From assembly GCA_003990765.1 (NCBI GenBank), contig RBNJ01000280.1, forward strand, positions 1 through 34,278: a stretch of DNA of 34,278 nucleotides. Reading direction: 5' to 3'. The position numbers were made by a program, and so were the translations under genes. Position 1 is the stretch's first letter, and every line of letters starts with the position of its first letter. The stretch is from Jimgerdemannia flammicorona. Lineage: Eukaryota. This document shows positions 8,393-18,460 of the stretch, in pieces. Below the pieces are notes generated by a model that did not search any database, was not told the DNA's origin, and saw only the letters and a program-made list of their open reading frames with translations.

Positions 8393-11300
8393 TCATATTG
8401 TTCCTTTATCCTTCGCGATACCACTCAGCGTTTCAGTCAACCGATTCCGTGGCCTGTTGAAGAGATTCAACTCGAGGTCGCTCTCATCACTGAGCTCGTC
8501 CGCTCGGTTACTCGAGTCCGGGGTGGTACGAGTAGAATTTGGAAGGGGGAGGTCCCTCCTGGGGTTAGGTTGCGTGTCTTGAAACCGCTGAATCCATTTG
8601 TCGAGGCTCACGGCGTCTTTGACCTGGAAGTAGAATTCATGGTTGGCGACCCCCGTGACTTGGAAGATATAGTCGTCGTGATTGTTCGTTGTGATCGCCT
8701 TGCATGACATGAATGGATACGATACCGCCTTGTGGGTTTCGCGCTACGGTGATTAAAGCAACGGTTGTGAGCCATCGGTGAACATGACGTAACGAATTGT
8801 TTGGCTGTTTGCGATTTATGCTGCTAGCCTTGGGAATGGGTACAGCACAAGGACGGATTGGTAGAACACTTACATCAATTAACATGAAGTAGCCCATCTT
8901 GGTAATAACTACTAGCCTCTTTGTCTCCCACCGTGAGAAGTAGGGCATATTTTTCTTCTGGATCCTGACGGGTAGCACTCCTTCATGGGCATCGAGAACC
9001 ATGTCAACTCCGTCGAACTTGGGCATGATGGCGCTCAAGGCGATCTTGCTCGTATCCCACGTGGCATGCGTCGGACGCGTCGCACGCGTCGCCGTCGAAC
9101 GAGTATGCTTCTTCAGCTTATGGTGTTTAATGATGGCAATCATCTTTGGTACGAATAGTGCAATCAGGGCGAAAACTGCGGCAAAAAGTAGAGCGCTGAT
9201 GCAAAGGTAATACGACGCCAGGAATTCGGTGCTCGGGAGGAATAGTGTCGGGATGCAGATGATGCCAGCGATCATCATGTTGCTAATGGTACATAACAGG
9301 GTAAAATCGTGTTCAATTTCGGTTCACTGTGGCATATTGAACGTTCACGTATACGAGCAACTTACTAGCTGACAAACGCGATCTGCTTTGATTCTCCGTA
9401 CATATCATCCACTCCACGAGTCTGTGCATTGGAGTCGCAAGTGTGCAGGTTTTAGCCACAGCATTCGACCTTCAACCTCGGCGGTTAAGTGTAAATATAA
9501 ATGAATTACCTTGTAAGCCAAAATTGATGCGACAAGCACCAGCGATCCCAAATAAATAATTAAAAAGATCTCAAAAAGGGACGTTCCCGTACGACCCACA
9601 GTGTAGTATCTTGAATTACAAGTCCAAGCCGATGACAAAGTATTAACCGCGGTTAGCATCGGCACCGGCGGATCCAGGATTAACCACAACCCGACTATAA
9701 CTAAAGCTCCCGCCAGCAATGCGATAACGATGGTCGAAAGATATCGATTGGTGATGGTATTCGACTTCAAGGCGAACGAGTTGTCGAAGATGCGGTATAT
9801 CCTAAAAGTTTTGGCAATAATGTTGCCCAATACTAGGACAAACGACACGGCCAAACAAATGGGTCGCAGCGAGCAGATCGCCACGGTCGGAATCAAGGTG
9901 AACGACGCGATGGATCCGAACGCGAACATGAGACCCAGCAGTTCAAAACAGCAGAAAAGTGGGCTATGCAAGGTCAATCGTGTCTCAGTTAGATGGATGC
10001 CGTGTGCAATTCGAGTGCTGACGCCCATGCCACCTTTTCCAGGAACTCACCTTGAAGCTTTGACGACAGCGGCCTTTCGGTATAGAATGATAATCAACAT
10101 CACGACGAGACAACATAGAGCTCCAAAAGCACAGATTGCCAAGATGATGACAATGCCAAGGTTTATGAGAAGCGGGTTCACAACTGTAACAATATGAACA
10201 TGTAGTGGATTGCTGAGAACGGAAGCTCCGTACAAGAACAAATAACAACTGGCAGATATTTTGGTAGTGAAGATACACACTTGCAGGATTGGCACAATCC
10301 TTTGGAGTCTGTGAATAGTGGAGATGCCGGTTAGTGGAGATGCCGGTTGGACGTGATATGAGATCAAGAGACTTGATGCGGATAGTGGCGAAATTGGTTT
10401 ACATTGGAGGTTCCGTCATGAAAGTACGGTGGTAATACGAGGTTGAATGAACCGTCATAATTGGTAGCAAATCTAACTGCGGTGCCGTTCTTGACATAAA
10501 GATATTCGAAATTCCTGTACAATCCAAAAAAGACGCCAGTCAGTGCCAGTGAATCTCATTTTGAGAGAAAAACTTTCCTTCGCACTGCATCATAAACTTG
10601 ATAATAGCAATAGACACACACGCCGCAGAGAGGTCACCTAAGGAGTAATTTGGCGACAATTTGATGAGTGATGCATCTCTCATGATTCAAATTGTGGGTA
10701 TTCGATCAGATTATGAAGGTGCTTACCAGTCGCAGTAAAATTCATTAGCCCTACATACAAGGATGAAAAATAAAAGTTAGCAAAGGAGTATATTTATTCA
10801 AGTTGTTTTTAACCCGATACAAGTTTGTTTACCCACCTGCTGGACCGGTCCAATTCGTATTGAAAAGCAGAGGCGTCAACGGGCCTGCGTTCTGGTTGAA
10901 AAGCCCTTTGCTTAAATCATGAAGGCCAGCTTGTCGCCCTCCAGGGTAGTTATTAAGTATCTTTTACACAAAGTTAAATACAAAAGGGTTGGTGAGGAAC
11001 GTGCGTTACTTTCGAACTATACATTGCAGACCGCATTTCTTTCTTTCCAGGGTATTTGCTTACTTGGTTTATTCCCAATGCAAGGACGTACATGCATGAA
11101 TAGGCTATGAAAAATTGCAGTGTATAAACCAAGTTATTTCTCTTTGCCATACAAAAATGCGGTTCATATTAACAAATACAATAAAACAATAAATACCTTG
11201 TGGCTGATTATGTGGCAAAAAGTTGGGTGCCTGGCCATAGAATCTATCAATTTAATATTGGAATATAATCTTTGTCAACAGATATTTGTTGATCATATAT

Positions 11301-11675
11301 AATCGCCGCAATTCTGAGCGTGACGATACATACATGTTCGATGGCAATTGAGACCACTTGGCAAGGAATTGGTCGTATTCAGGTAATCCTGTCACTGTGT
11401 AACAAAGGTTCGGTGAGCATACGCGCCTACAAAGTAATGTCAAGAAACATTGTCAAACTGTACGTACAATTCCACACTTGGTTCAGCATAATGATCCCAT
11501 CAAACGGTTTGAGCAAATCTGTCGCATTTGTCGCAGCTGTGGCGGTGTTGTTCAGGACTGCAATCGCAATGTCTTCCGCGATGGGATTGAGAGTAATCCA
11601 GACATAGTCGTCAATCATGAATCCCTGTTTTCTAGATTTGCGAAATGCGTTGAGAAAATGTGAGCATTGTTTTAC

Positions 11676-11739
<64 letters not shown>

Positions 11740-13141
11740 GCAAGCAACACATGCACATGTAATGATATAAATCTTACTGTGCAGCTATAAAAAAATGGGC
11801 CTGATCAATTGGTCCGATTTGTATTAAGACAATCACCCTCGCCAAAGAGCTATTCATCGTTTGCCATACAGCTAGGGATTGCAATGTATGTCAATCAGTA
11901 TTCATTTACCCAGCGGAACAAGAAAACAATAAGGTAATAAGTAACTCACGTTGTAAAGCACTATTTCCTAATATAGATGTCGTTTCCTGAAAATCAACTG
12001 TTATGCCTGCGTCCCTGCACGTCGATACTAACTGGGAGGTCACTGTAACGAAGTCATTCAATGCTGAATGTTAGGATATACGATACGTCACCGACGTTGA
12101 TTTGACAACACCGCAAAACCACACTCACGGGATTTCGTATTATCGTCGGGCGAGTATACGACGCCAATGGTCTTCCAGTTTTGATTTTGGAAGAGAGCCA
12201 CCAATGGATCTCCAAACGCCGCTGTGGTGATCGTCCGAAAGAATGTTGGATATTGAGACTTGTCGCTCAATTGTTCGTTGCCTGAAATGAGTATAAATGG
12301 GCAAGCAAACCAAGGTCTTAATTAGTCGATATAAACATAATGATTTTAGCAGCAGATCGAATAACGATTGTCAAGCCATTATAGCAAAGTCAACACGGGC
12401 TCAGAAATGAACATTTACCTGCAGCGAAAGAGCATTGAGGAATATTGGTTTTCCCTGTCATAGCTGCCGACAAGAACGTCGACACGGAGTACGCATCACC
12501 TATTACGGCGCTGTAGGGCATTGGAAACGTTCATTTGTTTTCGAGAAATCATATAGTCAAAATGCGCTCCAGGAAAAATGACATACCTCACATTTGATCG
12601 AATCAGATCTGATGTGGCAAAGATTGACTTTGCTTTGTCATTAGCGCTCTAAAATAAGAATAGAATAAAAATACAAGGGATCAGTTTCAAGTATGGATTT
12701 TGGTCATAAATTTCGATGGATATCTGATCGCACCTGATATCCATATAGTCCGTAGGTGAGATTGACGTACACGCCAGGTATAAGGCTCCTATTGTTGATC
12801 TCCATAGCGGCTAATTGTATCGCTGCAATGCCACCTCCGACCAGGGCTTGCACAGCGGTATCATTGGGGATGAGTTTAGACGGGTCCGGTATTACGATAC
12901 CGACGTTCAGCTGCGCTAGGTCCGCCAAATTGGATGGTAAAATAGGAAGGTTGATCGGGAGCGAGGCATTCGCTGTTGCGGTTGGAGTTGGAGCACTGCT
13001 CGAGGAGACTCCTGGCAACGAGAATGATGTTACCGATGGGCTCGATGCGCTGGACGATGGGGCTGCTCCTCCTCTCCAGAAGGTACAGCAGACAACTGCG
13101 GCAGATAGGAGATAGCTGTATATCCGACGGGCTTTGGTCAT
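8393..13141 (-). CDS. Class C (GABA-B/glutamate-receptor-like) GPCR: signal peptide + Venus-flytrap (ANF_receptor) + 7tm_3 + C-terminal PH-like domain; about 20 exons
   Basis: Manually spliced with GT-AG introns in consistent phase. Exons include 12734-13141, 12587-12648, 12419-12510, 12129-12281, 11950-12042, 11778-11871, 11468-11631 and micro-exons 10727-10750 and 10622-10637; the last exon ends at 8393. VFT motifs: AIQLAAMEIN..LIPG, AVIGD..S, IPQCSF, LSDKSQYPTFFRT, WKTIGVVY, YVWI, AYSC. 7TM motifs: VKASSPLFC, IIAKTFRIYRIF, DPP, ESKQIAFVSYN. Confidence 0.88.
11677..11733. repeat. Poly(A/T) homopolymer in a GPCR intron
   Basis: About 57-nt A run; no flanking TSD found. Confidence 0.9.
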
Positions 13142-15948
13142 GTTACGACGGGGACGATACGATGCGATAAAGAAAACTCTTCAGAGTCAAGAGAGGCGTT
13201 GTTTTCGGGTTCTTTGAATCTGCGGATGGGCTGGTCTTGAAAAAGAGTCGATCGTTGTCACAACTCTGAACGGGTATAACCACTACCAGTATTTGTTCGA
13301 ATGGCTGCGTCTGGCGGCTTGTGTGACACAATTACATTTTGGCAGCGTAGAAAAACCGGTGATACAAGATTGTTTTCTTTGGCCTTGTGCCTTTGTTAAT
13401 TCTTCATCAGTACTAAACTAAGCGAAGATCTCCATTTAACCCTGACGTCATTATTGGTCTTGTGCCTTATTCAAAAGACGTTTTGTTAAGAATCCGCGAT
13501 TTAATGTTCATCTATGTTTTGTACGCGTTATAAACACTAGCCGTCAAACGTTTTTGGATTCATCGTGGTTGGTCCAAATATATTATCCACGATGCATAAT
13601 TTCTTCCACGCGATTCCATGAGGGGGTATTTGATACCGAGAATGGACATAATGGACATTCTCGAAGGAGTGTGCATGTGGACGACTACTGCATCTTCCAT
13701 CGATACCTGAGCCAGACTGTCGACGATGTTCAAGATAGAGAGCGTCCGTATAGCCAAGATTCAAACAGGTTTGTTAGACAATGATCGAGAAACATTCTTG
13801 GTTCATTAGAAACGTGTGTTCGAAAAACCCCATGTGAGATTGGCCACCATACCAGCTCCTTTCTTGTCCCCTTGCAGGGTTCGGATTAAGAGGATAGTTA
13901 GGGTACAAAAGATTTGATATCTGGGGCCTTGATGTGACAGGACAAAGGAAAGCCCTCGGAGATCCATTCGTTTAGTGTATGTTTCATGTCACACGCTCAC
14001 GTAATCTGCCAAACCGACAAAGGGGTGTCCGATGCCTATGTTGACATGCCCCACACATATCGGCTGGTCCCGTCGGGCCGTTGATCCGTCCCGTTATGGG
14101 TCCGACCGCCTGTTAAATTGAAACCCTTGGGTACCACAATATAATGCGAATATACGAATTGAAGATCCGTAGGGGGGGGGGGGATTTTACAGCCCTTGCC
14201 GATGGACCACGAGGATAGTTTCATTCGTACGAAAACTCTACTCAAGCTGTTCGTCACTGTGGTGGACACATTCTGAAAATGTAACTTATTCTTCTGGACA
14301 AGCATGTTATCCAGTTCTATCAGAATAGAATTTTGTCTCGACAAATTGGGGGAACAATACCGAAGTCAATCATATAGAGAACAATTGTTCATGGTGATTT
14401 TTGGTTTATGCTTTTTTGAATAAACAGCCAGCTCATGTAAGTCCATTGTCAGCTGAACCAGGCTCGAAACAGGATATCGTTTGACAAAAGTTTATGAAGT
14501 GGTTTGCCAAAGGCCTCTTTGTTGGTCCATGCTACTCCAAGTTTCTCCTTATGTGGAAATTTCACAGAGGATTCGCGATACTTTGGTATGTGTACACGGC
14601 AGCATAAAGATGAACACTCGAAAAAAGCACCTCGTCCATCAATGTGAGCAAATAGGCATTGGCCTTCAGCCAACTCATTAAAGTCCAACGAGGTCTAGAT
14701 ACTTTCCGCCCCTCGCCCCCCGCCCCTTTTTTTGAGGGTGGGAAGGGGGGAAGGATATTGTTGTATTCGTTGATTCTGTACACATTATTGCAGCGATCCA
14801 TGTAATTGGGGTTCAGAAACTGTTAATTATATTCCAGACGGCACGAACAATACCACTTCGCACGGAGGGATTCTGACGGACGAACGAGAATAACGTCGCA
14901 CGTCACATTCGCCGAGGGATCGGACAGGTTCCAAGGGCGACATTTACAGTTCATCCCATCGTCTCGCGTTTTCCCTCGATTTCGTAGCACCAGTTGGGCA
15001 GGACCCCGCTCCTAGGGGCGGAGGGCATCTCCTCTCGGCATTCTACTCCTTGGATCACCATATTCCCTCGGCCTCCCGCCATATGCAAGGACCGCAATTG
15101 TACAAAAGAAACCCCCAACCACCACTCACTCGCTCTGGGATTTCCCGAACCTCGGCCAGTCCCAAAAGCGCCTTTTTTTCGCGTGGCTCTCTATGTCGAT
15201 CACTAGGGGGAGGGGGCGGGAACTCTCACGTGCGAAATATATTAGCGGGTGGGTCCTGTGTGTGTCACGTGAGCAACATCCTTATCTCCTCGAAAGTGTG
15301 ATTTAAACCGTTTAAAATACTAGGTGACATTTTTTTTTTTTTTTTTTTTTTGTCGAAACGGCTGCGGCGCGCGCTCGTGTCCTACGGGCGGTGAGAATTG
15401 CCTAATAAGAGCATAGGACGTGGGATGATGTAAGAGGGTTATAGAGCAGCCCAGACCGCATACACACGCAATAGGCGATAGATGATGCCCGAGGCGTAAT
15501 AGGCAGATCGGATTACGAGAGACGTTGATAAATGGCGGCAGGCCAAACGTAGAAATGGGGGTGATTTTAGTAATGGGCAAGGGCCCATTTCTTACTTAGA
15601 GTTGGATTAAGCCCAGTTGATTCGTGATGCGGGTTTGTTTATATTTGGCTCTACCGTTTTATTTTTGCGAGATGAGATCTGTGCTTTTGTTGATTGCAAG
15701 GGTTTGTTTGTCGCCATGATCTGAGCTTAGCCTCGCGCCTCATCAGGAAGGCCCATGTCGTAATCGAGCATTGGGAAAAATCGTCCTTTATCTTTGAAAT
15801 GTATTTTCAAATCATTTTTCGGTTGCGTTTTGTCTAGTCCTCTTCTGCAAGCGCTTGTTGTTTGGTTATATTTAGTTGCGCTATTATAATTCGTAGAAAT
15901 CGCTTTCCCTCTTTGATACTTGTCTCATTGTCAAATGTAATTATATAC

Positions 15949-15953
<5 letters not shown>

Positions 15954-16026
<73 letters not shown>

Positions 16027-16040
16027 GTCACTTGGACTCA
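15954..16040 (-). mobile_element. Extremely 5'-truncated LINE insertion (about 17 nt of 3' end plus poly(A))
   Basis: Perfect TSD TAATTATATACACTTT at 15938-15953 and 16041-16056. The insert on the minus strand reads TGAGTCCAAGTGACTAT-(A)n, matching the terminus of the LINE at the window end (AGTCCAAGAGACTAT-(A)n) at 14/15 nt. Confidence 0.85.
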
Positions 16041-16874
16041 TAATTATATACACTTTCTTCAAATCGCTCTTTGGGATGTGGCTGGTCCTGGTAATTCCCA
16101 AAGGAGATTTTGTCTTCCCTACCTGTTGATAATAAATACAATGTATATTTTGTTTGAGCAAGTTTCGGCATTAATAAGATGGGCAACTTGCAGAAAATAC
16201 AATAGGGCATGAATTAGTTTACGACGCCACGCACTATTTGTTATTTGTTATTTTATTTTATTAATAAAAACTACTTGCCATGTCGAAAATCTCCACTGCC
16301 TCCTAACCCTCAATCTTTCTCCCCAGAACGCCACTGCGATGACCGTCCCTCGGGGTCCTAAACAAGGCACCAGGACCGCGGCCATGTGCGAATCGGTCCT
16401 AGTGCTGTCCTAAACCGGGAGCCGGACAAGGCCTTGAGCATGGTCCAGGAGATACTCGGTATGCGCGCCCACTTAAGCGCGTGATACCACCGTTGGCGAG
16501 GACTCGCTCCATTTCTGACGTGGAAGGTGAGGTGGATGACTCACGGCGGGATCGATGGTTGCTTTTTACATAATTATGTCGTTTGGCTGTGTGCAATTGC
16601 GCCTTGTTTCCGGACACGTGACCAGCAATAATCAATGTTAACCTCGATGGTGCTAATGCGCAGTGTAAAACTATAGAATAAATTTACGTTGAGGGGGAAA
16701 CGGGAGGAAGGGTGACGTCGAGGGGAGTGGGCCCCCCGCTCTTCGGATTCGAGTACGACCAAAGTTCGTAGGTGGTGTTCCGTTTCTGGCGCAGTGTGCC
16801 CAGGAGAATGTAGTCTGCATACATATTTTGATATTACATAGTGGGCAAATATACACGCACGCCGACAGCACCGT

Positions 16875-18092
16875 TTAAAATTTCTCCTCCACTCCCCTCT
16901 CCATCATCTCCATCTCCCACCACCTCACGGCTCCAAAGATCTTTGCCGCCCACTTCGCCTCCCCCGCGGCCTTCTTCCCAACAAACTCCTTGAGCACCTG
17001 CCTTCCCTTTTTCTTCCCCTCCTCCATGTCCCTCTTCCATCCCTCCATCGCCGTCTCCCCCGCCCCCGTTACGTCCGCCACCCTCCTCACTGGGAACCCG
17101 GCGCTCAGCATCGCCAGCACGAGAAGCTGCCGGCCTTTCCGCAGAAGGTGCGGGTGTTGCATGTACCGGTATGGTTTGTGCACAAACTCAAGCCGCGAGC
17201 GCGTCGTCGGCGTGACGTTCGTCAGTGTCAGACCGACGCGGGAGGAGGTGTGGAGGGGCGGGTGGGGGTTTCGTCGAGTGGTTGGAATGCCAGTCGGTTT
17301 AAGCCGTTTTACGATGAAGGAGGCGGGGTCGGTGGTGGTGGTGGTGGTGGTGGTAATGTCGGAGCGAGATCTTTTACGCGTGGACGTGGACGTGGACGCT
17401 GATGCCTTAGTCGCCGTGTTATCTGCCGCTTCATCTACCGCTTCATTTGCCGCTTGGGCCGCGCTCGATGACTTGTCCTCATCTTTCTCAGCCGCCGTAT
17501 CACCACCTTCTTCCGCACACTCACATCCGCATCCCTCCTCGCCGTCCACTTTCTCAATCCACAATCCACCCTCTCTATTCCAAACCTCCACCTTGCCTTC
17601 CCACGTCTCTTCCACCAACTCCTTCACCGTCCGCGCCCCCAACTCCTCCAAAATTCTATCACATACCAATGATGGCCCCTCAACCACCTTCCTCGCCCCG
17701 TCAACCTCCCTCATCGCCCTAATTAGTATCCCGCCTCTGACGGCCCGTGCTTCGTCCCCGATCGTCACGTCTAGCCCTTTGCGCGTCCCGCCCTTGAACC
17801 CTTCCGACATGCCGACCCGGTGAAAGTACCACGTCCCGCGGCGCAGCTGATCGGGGTGCCCGTGCGTGAAAGGGTCGAGGTGGCACGAGGACGCGTCTCG
17901 CACGTAGAATTCCACTTCGAGCAGTGTGTAGCGACGGGTGGAGAGGTGGAGATGGTGGTGGAAGAGGAGGTGGTGGGCGATGCGTTGGAAATGCGAAGAG
18001 TAATGGGAGGAGGTTGTGGTGGGGGAGGGGGGAGTCGGTGGAGGGGGGATGGTGAGGAGGGTGAGGATGTCTTGTTCAGGATTGGTGGTCAT
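16875..18092 (-). CDS. Divergent 3-methyladenine DNA glycosylase (AAG/MPG-fold)-like protein with possible C-terminal HTH
   Basis: Intronless ORF (first ATG 18092). LLEVEFY (cf. AAG IVETEAY), DPFTH, GGILIRAM, VEGPSLV and SSRVGLT...YRY match the AAG motif order. Acidic/Thr-rich insertion in the middle; C-terminal GFPVRRVADVTGAGETAMEGWKR. Confidence 0.7.
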   Translation of the reverse strand: MTTNPEQDILTLLTIPPPPTPPSPTTTSSHYSSHFQRIAHHLLFHHHLHLSTRRYTLLEVEFYVRDASSCHLDPFTHGHPDQLRRGTWYFHRVGMSEGFKGGTRKGLDVTIGDEARAVRGGILIRAMREVDGARKVVEGPSLVCDRILEELGARTVKELVEETWEGKVEVWNREGGLWIEKVDGEEGCGCECAEEGGDTAAEKDEDKSSSAAQAANEAVDEAADNTATKASASTSTSTRKRSRSDITTTTTTTTDPASFIVKRLKPTGIPTTRRNPHPPLHTSSRVGLTLTNVTPTTRSRLEFVHKPYRYMQHPHLLRKGRQLLVLAMLSAGFPVRRVADVTGAGETAMEGWKRDMEEGKKKGRQVLKEFVGKKAAGEAKWAAKIFGAVRWWEMEMMERGVEEKF

Positions 18093-18460
18093 GATGTAAG
18101 GATCAACGCGTAAACACACGTAAACACACCTCCTTACCGCGGTGGCTTGCTGTGACTGAATTTCATAGGCTTCGCGATATAATTATGCTTTTGCATTCTG
18201 TTCATGAACTTGAGCCCACCTCCCCTTTCTCTCTCTTTCTCTCTTCCTCCCTTTCTCTTCCCTTTCTCTCTCTTTCTCTCCCTTTCTCTCCCTTTTTCTC
18301 CCTTTCTCTGCACCACGGCCACGACGCTGCTCCTTTCTGGTCTCTGGCCCAACAAGAAAAGGAGAGTCATGTGACCCGGTGATGCAGGGCCGTGCCATGT
18401 GCCATGTGCCATTTCCCCCATTCCCATTGTTCAATTTGCTCCCCCATTTAAGCTTTGGAA
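18093..18460. promoter_or_regulatory. Short divergent (bidirectional) promoter region with CT-rich tract
   Basis: 368 bp between head-to-head ATGs; pyrimidine tract ~18218-18309; GAGTCATGTGAC at 18364-18375. Confidence 0.5.

Noticed and set aside
11427..11756. Poly-Phe N-terminus of this ORF, and poly-Lys/poly-Phe ORFs at 15834-16212
   Set aside because: These are translations of homopolymer runs (an intronic tract and a LINE poly(A) tail); only 11468-11631 is a real GPCR exon.
13537..14801. Several 65-102 aa ORFs between the GPCR and the glycosylase
   Set aside because: No recognisable motifs or consistent splice model; a decayed gene cannot be excluded but is unsupported.
16302..16310. 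CCTAACCCT as a telomerase RNA template for TTAGGG
   Set aside because: Equally explained as a CTAAC branch point before a polypyrimidine tract and CAG, or by chance; no convincing U/A-rich triple-helix pseudoknot was found downstream.
16990..17823. 277-aa plus-strand ORF
   Set aside because: Antisense shadow of the glycosylase-like gene; Ser/Pro/Val-rich with no motifs.
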